64,000 nucleotides of DNA from Mobula hypostoma (GCF_963921235.1 NC_086109.1:35528001-35592000); one strand, 5' to 3'; shown: positions 1 to 12,952, counted from the stretch's first letter. Notes: generated from the letters alone by a model not told the origin. Program-made: numbers and translations.

Positions 1-618
1 CTTTGCTGTCTCCGAGGGGGTTCCAGGAAATAAGCAACCTCGAGGACAAGAGGCTTGGAGATGGAGCGCGAGTTCAACTCAGTTTCTCGCTGATCTCACT
101 GATTAAAGCATCGAGGCAAGGGCAGAAACTGAGTGAGTGTTCAGCATTGCCTACCAGCCTCTCGCTCACTGCTGCCAGTGTCTGTGGGTGACAGTCTCTC
201 TCTCTCTCCCTCTCCCTCGATGCTTTAATCGTCTTCAAAATTCTGGGTCTGCGGTTTGTGGATTGGACGAATGAACACTGGGCTGAACTGAATATGGACT
301 CTTTCAATTTTGTGATTCATTTTCTGTGTTTTCACTTGTTCCATCTTGTTGCCATTTGCACGATTTGTTTTATTTTGCACGTGTGAGGCGGGGTTAAGTT
401 ATTTATGCGATTTGGATTTTTGCACATGGTGAAGGGGTTAATATCCTTGTTACTGTTTGAGTGATTTGTTCCTTTGTGGGGGGGGGAGTTAATGTTCTAA
501 TGTGAAGGGTTCCATAGCTTTCTTTGTTTCATGGCTGTCTGTGGGGAAGGTCAATCTCAGGGTTGTATACTGCATACATACTTTGGTAATAAATGCACTT
601 TGAATCCTTTGAATCTTT
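1..618 (+). mobile_element. 3' part of a non-coding retroposon carrying a Rex/Babar-type 3' end
   Basis: Ends aatctcagggttgtata...aataaatgcactttgaatcctttgaatc, the same tail as the RT-bearing copies at 9273 and 59808; the body shows no RT coding. Confidence 0.6.
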
Positions 619-619
619 T

Positions 620-1822
620 GGATTGTTAGTACTGGCAGGAAGTGGAGGGCAGAGGAAGCTGTTCAGGAGGCAGAGGCAGAGGCGAGGCTGCGTCACAGGA
701 GGCTGGTGGGAGTGGTCACACGAGGCCGAGCTGGGCTAGGATCCTTTCCAACTCCCCAAATGGACACCAGAGGGAAGGAAAGGCGTCGTCTAGTTCAGGA
801 GGAGGTGAGAGCAGTAGTGGAGGAGATGAGAGCCTGCAAGGCGGTGGGAATGAAGCAACAGGGAGCTTGGACAAGATGGGAGAATGCGGTTGAGAGGAAA
901 GTGACCTGGGCTGATCTTTGGAAAGCCGAACCACACCGCATCCAATTTCTCATCCAGGCAGTGTACGATGTGCTTCCAAGCCCATCAAACCTGCACACAT
1001 GGGGCAAGGCAGATTCATCTGCATGCCCACTGTGCTCCAAGCGAGGAACCCTGGAGCACATCCTCAGCGGCTGTGCAAGGGCACTTGGTAAGGGACAGTA
1101 CAGGTGGAGGCATGATCAGGTCCTGAAGACCATCGCTGAAGCCGTCAGTGCAGGAGTTGAGTGGGCGAAGCGGTCCCGACCCTCCAAGCAGACCATTGCC
1201 TTGTCAGAGCTGGGGAGCAGCCAATACCTGCCAAAAGAACATCTGCAGGCATTCTGACCTCTGCAAGGGACTGGCAGCTGTTGGTGGACCTCGAAGGGCA
1301 GCTGAAGTTCCCCAACCATATCGCAGCCACCACCCTGCAACCAGACATTGTCCTAGTGTCTGAGTCGACTAAGCAAGTGGTGCTGCTGGAGCTGACAGTT
1401 CCATGGGAAAATAGCTTGGAAGAGGCCTTTGAAAGGAAGCTCTCCAAGTACGCAGGACTGGTCAGCAAGTGTCAGCAGGCTGGATGGAGAGCGAGGTGTC
1501 TCCCAGTGGAGATTGGTTGTAGGGGATTCGTAGCCTGTTCTTTAGTTAGAGCCTTCAGCATTTTGGGCATCGAGGGAGAGAGGAAGAGGAGAGCCATCCA
1601 CAGTACCACCGATGCGGCAGAGAGGGCCTCAAGATGCTGTAGCTCAAAAGAGGGGAGCCATGGAGTCGTAAGTAGCTAGCCATCTGGACACAAGCTGGGG
1701 TCTGTTCAGCCCCGGCTGGGTCACCTGGAGGAGGTTGTATGATGTTGAAAGACCCGAAACACCCGATGATTCCAGGAACATCACTGAAGATGTGTCCAGA
1801 AGCATCAATAGATGTATGTACA
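620..1822 (+). mobile_element. 5'-truncated Hero-clade (restriction-like endonuclease) non-LTR retrotransposon
   Basis: From ~631 reads TGRKWRAEEAV...GRAGLG...QQGAWTRW, CCHC knuckle CPLC-x6-HILSGC, RWRHDQVL, and RLE motif PDIVLVS...LLELTVPWE...KLSKY...PVEIGCRGF. There are apparent 1-nt deletions near 1201 and 1635. The RT domain is absent. Confidence 0.85.
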
Positions 1823-1974
1823 CAGCCAGTCTGATAACCTATGGCTGAAAATGGACATCTTGCTCATCACTCAAGTGGCAACAGCATAGATTTCTGTGAC
1901 ATAGGAGGTATTTCTGGGACAACAAGATATTGCATTGATTAAAGACCTATGCTAGAAGAGAGCAGGAAGCAATC

Positions 1975-2095
1975 TTTTCTTTGACACTCCCTCAGGATTG
2001 AACATGACCTGCTTCCATTCCAGTTGTGGGGGTCCAGGGATGATGGATAAGGCTAAGGTAGCAACCGTGAACTCTACCACAGAACCAACATCCTC
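1975..2095 (-). mobile_element. Possible RTE-type LINE 3' remnant
   Basis: gattgaacatgacctgcttccattccagttgtggg... resembles the reverse of a recalled RTE 3' end; short and degenerate. Confidence 0.3.
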
Positions 2096-3994
2096 ATGGG
2101 CTTAAGGAGGGATGACATGAATAGGTGTAACTATGTACGGTGTTGGGGAAAGAATAAAAGAACAAGTAGCCATTTTTGAAGGAGTTGTAAATTTCCATTC
2201 AATGGAGGTAGAAGGACTGAAAGAAGTGAAACTGCATGAAAGCAGAATAGAAGTCCACACTTGGAGAATCTAAGATAAATTGTGTGTGAAAAGGTAATTG
2301 CAGTGATCAAGTTACAGATGAATGGAGCGTGGCAATTAAATATTCTATTTAATTGCACAAGCTTTAAGTATATGAGGCCATTAAGATTATTGTGTCTGTG
2401 TCAGCTCTTTGATACTGCAACTGTGGCAAAATAGAAACTAGGGTTCTGCAAAATGGATCCAAAAAGGAAAATGTTGGCATTACTCAGCAGCCAGGTGCAA
2501 TTTCCCGAGAGTTTCTGTATTACATGTGTCTCTACTGAGGATACAGTGCTGCTATTTGTTTACATATTATTTTATTGGAAGTAATACTCCTACATCCTGC
2601 AGTCTTTCCACAGCCCTACAGTATATCTTCATGCTTTTTACATTTATTGCATGACCAGTGAAAATGGTGAGTTATCTCATGCACACTCTGTGAACTGTCA
2701 AGATTCCTGCAATATTCTTATCTCCTAGTAACAATTGTAAAGCAACCGGTGGGAGAAAGAGCCAAATGATATATGACATGACAATTTTTTTCTCAAGTCC
2801 TTTAATTCATTTTTCAAAATACTAAGATTTTTCTTTGAAAATGTGTTTCTTTTTAAATACACAATGCTACTAAATGTCTGCTGAAATAGATACAATTCCA
2901 GTATCCTAGGTTTATCTGATATCCCTGATGTCATTCCTGCCGCCATAGAGTATTTTTTTTTGGGTAATGATGACTGGTTGGAAATAGAAAATGAAAGTTC
3001 CTCCTTATCTTCAGGATGTTGGAAAGTGTTTAACAGCTAATAAATTACTTTGAAAGTGCGTTGGTACATTGATGACACGTTTTTGCACATGTAGTAGTGG
3101 ATCTAATTAAAGATAGTATAGTATTAGGGAATGAAAATTTTAATTACAAAGTGAAATTTCAGATTTAACCAAAAAATAGAGATATTATTTAAAGTAAGTA
3201 TATTAGAAAACATTTAAAAGTGGATAGAAATGAAAGATGAAATTTACAGACAAATTGAAATCATGTACTAATAAAAGGTTTGAAAGATCTTTGTTGCCCA
3301 GTAATGATTGTGATAGGAAATATGCTCCTGATTAAAAGATGCAGAAAAATGGTATGGTTTCTTTAGGTTTGCAGGAAAGATTTGATGTTATTACTTCTTG
3401 TTTGTGATATGGGTGTTCACGTCAAGACAGGATGTATTACCTATCCCTAATTTTTTGTGTAAATGGTCAGTGGAAGTGTTTTGTCTCCATTTGAGTTGCT
3501 GAGGTTTAATATTTCTTCAACATTGCCCTTCACCACTCATGGATAAAGATTGCAGAGCTGGAAAAATTTGATCCATTTTCAGGCAGGAGGCAAATATAAT
3601 GGAAATTAAGTGACTGAAAAGGAGTAAAGGATATATATCACATGAAAATTTAGTAAAGCAATTTTGGATTATTTTGTGTGGCTGACATCTGGCTCTGCAT
3701 CAGCTTTTCTATTTGTGTGCTGAGAAATGATTTATGCAATGTCAACCAGAGCAACAGGGCTAAAATATGCTGACCAGTCAAGTGCTTTGTAATTGAGGAG
3801 CAACTTTTCAATTGTCTTTGGCTTCAGATGAGTTTAGTCAATTAATCATTTCCCCATTGCATGCAGTGGCACAAATAGTGCTCCAGGCACCCAAACACCA
3901 CATTATTTTTCTCAGGCACTGATTAATTTTAAATGTGATCTGCAGCATATGCAAAATAAACTAAAATACCAATACAAATATTTTATTTAAAACA

Positions 3995-4290
3995 TTTATT
4001 TATTTGTAGATACAGCGTGGAACAGGCCTTTACGGCCTAACGAGTTGTAGCACCCAGCAACCCATATATTTAACACTAGCCTAATTACAGGACAATTTAC
4101 AATGACCAATTAACCTACTGACCAATACATCTTTGGATGTGGGAGGAAACCAGAGCTCCTGGTGGAAAGCCACATGGTCACGGGGAGAACATACAAACTC
4201 CTTACAGGCAGCAGTGGCAATTGAACCCCAAGCTCTGGAACACCCTGAGCTGTAAGAGCATCATGCTAACAACTAAGCTACTGTGGCACC
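3995..4290 (-). mobile_element. HE1-like tRNA-derived V-SINE
   Basis: Minus strand has A box TAGCTTAGTTG, B-box-like GGTTCAATT, V-domain ctgtaaggagtttgtatgttctccccgtgacc...ggtttcctccca, a CR1-like tail (aagggcctgttcc) and (TAAA)n. Confidence 0.85.
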
Positions 4291-5074
4291 TTTGACTTTA
4301 TTATATTACATTACCTTAAGCAGTAAGTGCAAGTTGTGATTACAGGTAGACACTTTCCAATATGGCTTTTGTTTCCATTTCTAACATCCATATGAATGAA
4401 CAAAAGGCAAAATGAAAGTGAAAATGAGCCAAGAGAAGATTTCCAATAAATGAAATGGGGACTTAATTTTTTAAATCATGTCTCCAAGAGAAAGTGACGA
4501 GGTGTAAATGAGTTCTCCTGAGTACACAAAGTACCATTGCAGTGATAATGAGTATGCTGAGGTATGGATAAAGGGTGAGGATAGCCATTTCATATCAGGT
4601 TATAACATCAATACTGGATGTTAATATGGGTAAAAAGTCACCATTAATTAATAAGATTAGTCTCTCTAACACGGAAGAAGTAAGCTTCTATAACAGCTTA
4701 TTTGGAAACGTTTGACACAATTCTAAATCCCACCATAAATAAATAGCTTCATTCACTTGCCATGTAGTTTGGTCCCAGATCAATCAGTGACACATGGGTT
4801 TCCCATTAACTGTAAGTACAAAGGTAAAAAGCATTCTTTATTAATAAAGCATTCTTTATCAATGTCCTTAACGATGCAGGAATGTGAAGACACATAATGC
4901 CATGGGACAGTTAACACTGCTGGATGGATAGTTATTAATTGTGTACGTAAGCCACTAGGAACTGCTAGTTGTCTCGATGTGTGGGTTTGTAGCATCTGTG
5001 AAAGGTGCCATTTCCTCAAAAACTGCTGAAGAACTTTCCACAAATAAGAAAGAATATTTCTTCAAAATACTGAG

Positions 5075-5268
5075 AACTTATGTTCTCAATTTTATTTATT
5101 TGTATTTGCACAGTTTGTCTTCTTCTACACCTCTTTGTTTTTGTGTAGTTTTTCACTGATTCTATTGTACTTCTTTGTTCTACTGTGTATGCCTGCAAGG
5201 AAATCAATCACAGTGTTGTATATGGTGACATATGCATACTTTGATAATAAATTAACTTTGAATTTTGA
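5075..5268 (+). mobile_element. Rex/Babar LINE 3' UTR fragment
   Basis: ...gttgtatatggtgacatatgcatactttgataataaattaactttgaattttg tail shared with RT-containing copies. Confidence 0.7.
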
Positions 5269-5489
5269 AATACTGAACTATGATTACTAGAAATGCCACT
5301 TTGACCATTAGAAAAAAGATTGAAACATTTCTTAAAAAATGTAAGTACTCTTAAACTCAGCTTAAAAAAGGAAATTATCAACTCTTCTCTCATGAAGAGA
5401 TTAATCAAAGTTGCTATAATAGAAAGCTTCTGAGAGATAGTAATGATTATGAAAAGGCTTAAATTAAGTAATCATAGTTATAATCAAAG

Positions 5490-5735
5490 TTTCAAAGATT
5501 CAAAGTACATTTATTATCGAAGTATGTATTAAAAATACAACCCTAAGATTCGTACTCCTGCAGACAGCCACTAAACAAAGAAATCCCATGAAACTCATTC
5601 AACAGAACATCAAACACCCAATGGGTGAAAACAAGTTGCACAAATGGCAAAAAGTGAGTGAACAACACATAGCATTTCAAACTTCAAACAAGGATTCCAG
5701 TGGTGTTGAGTTTAGTTTAGTTTAGTTCAGTTCAT
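5490..5735 (-). mobile_element. Retroposon 3' fragment with Rex/Babar-type tail
   Basis: ttcaaagattcaaagtacatttattatc...tacaaccctaagattc is the reverse complement of the same tail. Confidence 0.6.
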
Positions 5736-6379
5736 CAACATAAGAACATAAAAAATAGGCTGGATAAGGGACTGGCGAGTGTGGCAGCAGTTAACCCTGT
5801 GAACACACCAGCAAAAGTGGGGACAGGGGAAAATATCACCCAAACCTGCATTAGAGGGGCTATAGAACTTCTAGACATCCTCCCAAATGAATGTCTTTTG
5901 TGAGGAAAAAAAATTCTTGCAGGAAAGAACAGGCCAGGTACAATATCTTCAAAAGCCCAGAGAAGAAGATGAGTATTTGACATCACAGAAGGTGAAAGAT
6001 GTTTATCAAAATCTCCCATTAATCGTAAGCCTCTGGAAATTGTGAAGAACACTACAATTGGAATCAGGAAGTTAAGGAAATCAGTGAGTACATTGTTCAT
6101 GAGCTTTCTTAACTTTGCAGTTTGATTGTCCATTCTAGAACTCATGCTTTTTAATCAAGAAGTGAAAAATTCCATTCAAGTTACTAAACAAATGAATCTC
6201 TCATGCACTCTTATGAACAAAATTTCTAATCTGCATGGAGGAATTTCTAAAAAAATTATCCAATGCAAGGAACAAATACAACTGCATTTTGCAGTGCTAC
6301 AGTCTGTGGAAACAAGGTAATATCGAAAGCTTGTGGGCGAGACTGGTGCACATTGCTGTCTTGGTGTAATACAAGTCAT

Positions 6380-8800
6380 CTATCATAAACATGAATTTAA
6401 ATGAGAGAAGTATTCTAACTGCCAGAAAACCGAGCATATATCATGAGCATGCAACTTTAGAGCCAAGGTAGTTAACCAAAGCAAATCTGGTGGTATGATA
6501 TATTCACAGAAGGGAGGTTCTCTCAGTAAAAAAGAACACTGTGAGACAGACTATGTTATATTGGAGCCAATGTGAACAAAGAACAAGCAGACTTATGGAG
6601 CACTTACATCACCAATGGCAAGGGTAGAGAGCAAAATGACTTCCAAACAAAAGTTATGATTAAGTGATCAATCCATCAACATGACATTCAACACAGCAGC
6701 ATATTTTTCTATTGTGGGACAGGAAATGCATACACTAAATCTGAATGATGATGTATTCCAAAATGCATACACTAAATTCGAATAGCGGTCTAGTTCTGAT
6801 GAAATGTTAAATGTATCGTAACAATCAGCAAGTACAATTATTAATGGTTATAGTTGACAATTAATTGGCTGATGTTAATGACTGATGAGCTTAGAAAACT
6901 GAAGCTTGATGGAAGAAAGTTATCATCCAAAGTTCAAAGTCATCTGCGGTGCATTGAGAAAGTGTGTAATAATGTTGTGGTATCTTTAGATGGGTATTAT
7001 TAGTCAGAAAACTCATACTCATGGCAAGTCAAGTGTAAACTGGGTGAACTGTTCCAGTCTTCACCCTTTGCTTTGAATAACGAGATGACAGAAAGAAATG
7101 GGATAAATTGGCTGAACAACATCAATTGCAGTGCTAATTGCAGAAGACAAGACTATTCAACTACTTGAGCCAAATGTTGACAATGAGCAGCTCCGATTGT
7201 CTGTTTCAAACATTAATATGCAGATTTTGAAACCTTCATGTGATGTTTCAAATGATGGAGCTTTATAATTAGTCAGAAGGAACTGGGAAGTGGTCAAGAT
7301 AAAGCAACTGCATTTGTGTCATTTTCATTGTTGAAGATTGAGACTAACAAGGTCAAAATTGAGAAAGGCATTGGGAATTGTTTCTGTAGCACATAAAGCT
7401 CTATGGTTATTTTTTGGCAGACCTTTAACTTAGGTCACATGGTATTCTTTGGTCTTAGTTTAGTAATATTGATCATGGCTGCAATTCTTGATTGATATTT
7501 GCCACAGTGTTTACCTTATTGAAAACAAAAGTTCAAATGCAATACTAATGCAGATACTTTGTTAAAGTCACTATGGAGGAAAATAGTGAAAGATGATTTT
7601 CTGCTGTAGAAATGATAATATAGTACCTTGGAAGGCACAAAAATATATTGCTCTCATTCAAGTAGACTTAAAAATGAAACACACAAAGAATGCATTGAAT
7701 CTGGCAAAACCAGATATAAACAGTAAACAGAACAAAGAACTGACCTGTTGACAAAGCTAGATTGTGTGAATTGGAGGCACAGCAAGCCCACAAAGAAACA
7801 AAGTTTAGAAGACCTTCACAATAAAGACCCTACCAGCACAGCACAAAGGCAATTTCTCAAAATTGTTCATTGGCTTACATCTGATGAACAGCAAGTAGAT
7901 AAGTATATATCTATCATCCTTGTAAGCCAATAGAGTGAAAATACAAAACAATTTTTTTCCAAAAAGTACATATTTATTCTTGTGAAAAGAAGATTGACAG
8001 CCTTAATACTTAATAATTGTCAGTTGAAATTCACAAAAACATCGGATGACACTGTTATGACTCAGGGCATCAAAATTAGGACTTTAACTCTGATATAGGG
8101 AAATTCTAGGCAGTTTCTAGAGTAGGTTACATGGTCGGCACAACATTATGGGCTGAAGGGCCTGTAATGTGCTGTAGATTTCTATGTTCTATTGCTGCGT
8201 GTAAGAAATTTGTACATCCTTCCCATGAGAGCATGGTTTCCCCTGATGTTCTGGTTTCTGCAAGTAGTAATGGTTGGTAGATTAAATGGTCATTGTAAAT
8301 TGTCGGGTGCTTAGGCTAGGATTAAATAAGTGGGTGTCTGAGTAGGGTAGCTTGGAAGGATCTGTTCTAAATATATACATAAATAACTGGATCAAGCAGC
8401 ATAGCATTGCTGAAAGAATTAGGATTTTTTTTTGTCTTTCTTATTTTGCCAGAAGAACTTGCCTTTGGTGACTGCCCTCATTTTTATTTGTTTTTTACGG
8501 GAGCACATTAGGAAACAAAAGAAAATTGAGAAAATGTTTCTTAAGGATGTCATCCAGCTCCATAGAGTGCAACAGAGATCAGAGAGATCTGTTGAAGAAG
8601 CACCGTTAACAATACTTCAAGGATACTTAAGTTAACAATTAGTCATTATCTCACAAACATTATATTAATCCACAGTTCAGCACCACATTCCGCAATAGAT
8701 CTTTGCTCAGCTGGGATACTCATATTGTAGGAGATTCAGAACATAACTTCAGCCATAGCCTGATAAAGAGCAGAGAGATGCAGCTGAAACAAAAGCAATA
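6380..8800 (+). mobile_element. Very old Gypsy (Ty3) LTR-retrotransposon gag-pol relic
   Basis: Frame-shifted motifs appear in the expected order: knuckle-like NCQKTEHIS*AC (~6415), RNase H CDVSNDGA (7239) and ETNKVKIEK/ALGIVSVAHKALWLFFGRPLT (7340-7430), integrase-like HPA...ERSVE (~8550-8595) and SAPHSA...RRFRT (~8675-8740). Interrupted at ~8095-8385. Confidence 0.55.
8095..8385 (+). mobile_element. CR1 3' tail followed by a degenerate V-SINE
   Basis: gggctgaagggcctgtaatgtgctgtagatttctatgttcta (CR1 tail), then a V-domain-like gtaagaaatttgtac...ggtcattgtaaattgtc. Confidence 0.6.
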
Positions 8801-9272
8801 TTATGGCAGAGGTTATGGAGAGAAATTATTCATCATCAATGCAGAACTGGTGCGTTGATACCAATAAGCAAATCTGTTTATTTTGTGCGTTAAGCAAATT
8901 TGATGTTTACAAAGTGATATTGATAGTTGAAGCATGAAGGATCTCATAAAAATATGAAGTTAATCAGAAATGAACACATAAATCATTTAATTCCTGAAGG
9001 AGATATAACAAAAAATTGAAGAGTTTTTGATTTTGAGTGTATTCCAGAAGTTCATTCAGTAGAGAATCACAGAAGTGACACACGTTTCTCAGAGATGTTT
9101 CAAGAAGTAGATACAGTGCCTCTAACACAAACTGCTCTGCAAAATTAAATATAGGAGATTATTGAAAACCCCTGAACAATGTGAATATATAATTCTCTCC
9201 TTTTTAATTGTAGAGAAAACAGTGTTGTCTGTGTAAATCAAAAAGATTACTCAACAGAAGTATAGTCTGTCA

Positions 9273-10470
9273 GTTCAAGTTCCAAAGTAAATTTATTATC
9301 GAAGTGCATACCGTATGTGTCACCATATACTATCTTCAGATTCATTTCTTGTGGGTATACTCAGTATAAAAGCATAATAGAATCAATGAAAGACCACAGC
9401 TTTCAGGACAGACAAACGACTAATGTACAAAAGGCAACGAACAGCGCAAATACAAAAGAGAGAAAAGATAATAATAAATAAATGAGCAGTAAATATTGAG
9501 AACATGAGTTGAAGAGTCCTTGAAAGTGTCCTTAGATTGTGGAAACAGTGGTGGGGCAAATAAGGTTGAGTGAAGTTATCCCATTTGGTCCAAGAGCCTG
9601 ATAGTTGAAAGATAATAACTGTTCCTGAAGCTGGTAGTGTGGGTTCTGAGGTTCCTGTACCTTCTTCTTGATGGCAGCAGTAAAAGGAGAACATGCCCTG
9701 TGTGGTGGGGGTTCCTGATGATGGATAATGCTTTCCTGTGTCAACGCCCCATATAGATGTGCTCAGTGGAGGGGAGGGCATAACCTGTGATGGATTGGGT
9801 TGTATCAATTACTTTTTGTGGGATTTTTCTGTACAAGAGTATTGGTGTTTTCATACCAGGCTGTGATACAACCAGTCAATAAGCTCTCCACCACACATGG
9901 AGAGAAGTTTGTCAAGTATTAGACATCATGCTGAAGCTTCACAAACTCCTAAGGAAGTAGAGGTGCTGCCGTGCTTTCTTCATAATTGCACTTACGTGCT
10001 GGGCTCAGGATAGGCCCTCTACAATGATAGCACTGAGGAATTTAAAGTTGAACCCCCAATGGGGGACTGGCTCATAGATCTTGGGTCTCCTCCTCTTGAA
10101 GTCAATAATTAGGTTCTTGGTCTTGTTGATATTGAGAGAAAGGTTATTGTTATGGCACTATTCAGACAGATTTTCAATCTCCCTCCTATATGCTGATTCA
10201 TCACCATCTTTGATTCAGTCAATGACAGTGGCATCATTAGCAAACTTAGTTATGGTATTGCATCTGTGTTTAAGTACACAGTCATTAAGTGTAAAGCAAA
10301 TAGAGCAGGGGGCTAAGCACACAGCCTTGTGGTACGCCTGTGCAGATGGAGATTGTGGAGGATATGTTGTTGCCAATCCAAATTGTTTGGGGTCTGCAAG
10401 TCCGAAAATTGAGGATCCAATTGCACATGGAGGTACTGAGTCAAAGCTCTTGAAGGTTATTGATTAATTT
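9273..10470 (-). mobile_element. 5'-truncated Rex/Babar LINE (RT C-terminus + 3' UTR), decayed
   Basis: Minus strand encodes KFANDATVID...NNLSLNINKTKNLIIDFKRRR-like RT end and the ttcaagttccaaagtaaatttattatc tail. Confidence 0.8.
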
Positions 10471-10574
10471 TCAAAGAACTCAATTAGCCAATTGCACATA
10501 TTTACATTTTCAATGCTTTTCTCAATACTCCCTATAATATGAGAAGCAGCAGTTAATTGACATTGCTAATAAAA

Positions 10575-11040
10575 GGACAGCTAAATTGACATCACACAAG
10601 ATTCTGGTGGAACTCATCAAGTTAGGCTGAGGAGTAAACAGTCGATGAGTTGGGCCAAGACCCTTCATTGGGACTGGAAAGGAAGGGGGTAGAAGCCAGA
10701 ATAAAGTGATGAAGGATGGCAAATAGTACAACCTGCCAGGTGATAGGTGATACCAGGTTGAGGGGAAGATGGTTGGTGGGGGTGGCAAAGGATGGGCAAG
10801 GGACACTAGAGGGAGGAGCTAGGCAGGTGAGATGTAAACCAGAATGGAGAATGGAAAACGTGGGAGATAAATTACTGTAAGTTAGAGAAATTAATATTCA
10901 TGTCATCACGTTGAAGGCTACCCAAATGAAATACTGTGAGTTCCTCCATCTACCTGAGGGTGGCCTCATCATGGAATTAGAGGAAACCATCAGCAGCCAT
11001 GTTGGAATGGGAAGGGAAATCTAATTGAAATGGGTGGCTA
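10575..11040 (-). mobile_element. Penelope-like element 3' fragment (end of GIY-YIG region, pyrimidine tract, hammerhead-like terminus)
   Basis: Reverse complement aligns with 16790-17390 (gccacccatttcaatt...catgatgaggccaccctcagg...ccagtcc). Confidence 0.75.
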
Positions 11041-12952
11041 AATTGGCATACCTTCATGCTGCCTTCCAGCATTGTTGCTGCAAGTGACACATTAAAAATA
11101 TGAGCACAAATATTTTAAGGCAAAACAAGATAAACAGACATAGCACACTGAATTATCAGCCCATATTTCCATCTTTCTACGAGAGCAGATGATCCAAAGA
11201 TTGTTCTGGCAGAAGCAGTCCTGCTCTTTCTGAACCCACAAAGAACAAAAATATTGAACTTTTAATCAAAGGCCTAAGGCAGTCCCTCTTTCAAATTTCA
11301 GGTTAGATTCTTAAATACAACAATTGAATAAGTCATCACAAATAAAAACTATCCTCCTGAAAGTTTCAGACTTTTTCTCATATGTGTGTGGTCTATAAGC
11401 TTTGGTTTTATTACAGATCTTTTATCACTATTGCTGAAGGTAATGCAACCTTGCTCGTGGTCTATAGGAGTAAATGTGATGGTCTAGAAACTATTGCACA
11501 CATGATGGAATTTAAAAAAATGTCAATTACACTTTGTGCATCAGTAGCACAGTTCCAGAAATTGAATGCAGATCCAAGATAGAGATATGAATAGAAGCCA
11601 CTGAGCATGCACAGAATGTGCTCTTAACTTCCAGCAAAGTCCATTGCAGTGTTTCCAGTTGGTACACTTGAGATGAGAATATCTCAAGCAAAGCACGTTT
11701 TTGTTTGAAGAATTCTTCACAAGCCTTTGGTTTAATCTGGAGCAATAAGCAAACTGCTGAATTAACTTAGTGGAAGAGGTGGCATCTATGGAGGGAAATG
11801 GTCAGTTGCCATTCCAGGTTGAAACTGTTCAGCTGATTGCTCACATTCTTCTTTTTTTTGCTGATGTTTCCAAGCTCTTCCCAGACATCCCCCCTAATCA
11901 CTCTTCCCAATCTATGACACCTCATATCTTGTACAAGTCAAATGTTGTTGCCTTGGGACCTTGTACTAAACTAGTGCAGTCTCACACATAAAATGCTGGA
12001 GGAACTCGGCAGGTCAGTCAGCATCTATGGAGAGGAAAAAAGATTTGATATTCCGGCCTGGAGGGTCTCGTCCTCCATTTTAACGACAAAATTACACAAT
12101 CGTTTGTTTTAGTGGGTGAGAAATACTGGAACTGGAGGAAGCATTTAGAAGCAACAAACTAGCACTCAGTATTATGTGACCTCAAAGTGGAAGATGACAA
12201 AATAGCTATTCACTTTTCTAAGGTATTGAATTGCCAGTGAAGGAAATTCCAAAATATTTTGAACTGTCTGCGTGTGCTAATTCTATCACATCACTGCAAT
12301 CTCTGCAATCAGCTATGCAATGCGTGCTCATCTAACTGGCTACTATGACATTCTGTAGATAGAGGAAGACAATGATAACATAATTAAGGCCTGTTCATTC
12401 TAGCTCCAGGCTCAATTATTGCTTCCCCATGGACAGGCCAAGAAAGTAATGGATCAAATTAAGACGTTGGTTTCTCATTGATTAGCAAGAGGCTTAGCCT
12501 TAGACACATAACAAGTAAGAAACACAACACCATGACTTGGGAATCCAAACTTCCATTTTCTCAGGACTTCCTATGCTTACACGTGATTTTTTGACAGATT
12601 GCCTTGCAGGAACAGCAGTTCCTTCAAAGGTACAGTGTTCCCAGGGCCAGCCATCACAAGCACCTTGTCAGCATTTAACAAAGTGAAGGAAAGTTCCTTC
12701 TTCCCAATTTCAGCAACTGGGAAGACACATGACAGCATTTGAATGGGCAATGAGCTTTGGAATATTATACTTCATGTGTGCTTTTGAGTATGCCTTACTA
12801 AAATAATAGTTTAAATTTCAGCAACAGAGAGAAATCCCATGGTCTTGCTTGATGGTCAATGTGAATCTCAGTTTTGAAATTACAGAACTGCTGGAACAAA
12901 TACAAGATCCCTGTTTAATGCAGATTCTATTCATTGAGTTGCTATTTATCTA

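Noticed and set aside
1738..1770. Canonical hammerhead or SECIS in the Hero 3' UTR
   Set aside because: ATGATG...GAAAC lacks the CTGANGA core and proper stems, and SECIS geometry is not met; kept only as a generic structured RNA.
2725..2946. 73-aa minus-strand ORF MAAGMTSG... with a good Kozak-like start
   Set aside because: No recognisable domain, AT-rich codons and no supporting exons.
5735..6145. 136-aa hydrophobic minus-strand ORF
   Set aside because: Antisense to purine-rich sequence upstream of the Gypsy relic; no family resemblance.
6724..6776. Direct repeat AAATGCATACACTAAAT x2 (similar short duplications at ~4828 and ~41107)
   Set aside because: Two copies only, so these are local duplications and not a CRISPR or functional array.
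8676..8696. REST/RE1 site (TTCAGCACCAC...)
   Set aside because: Left half only, with no GGACAG half, and it lies in a TE relic.
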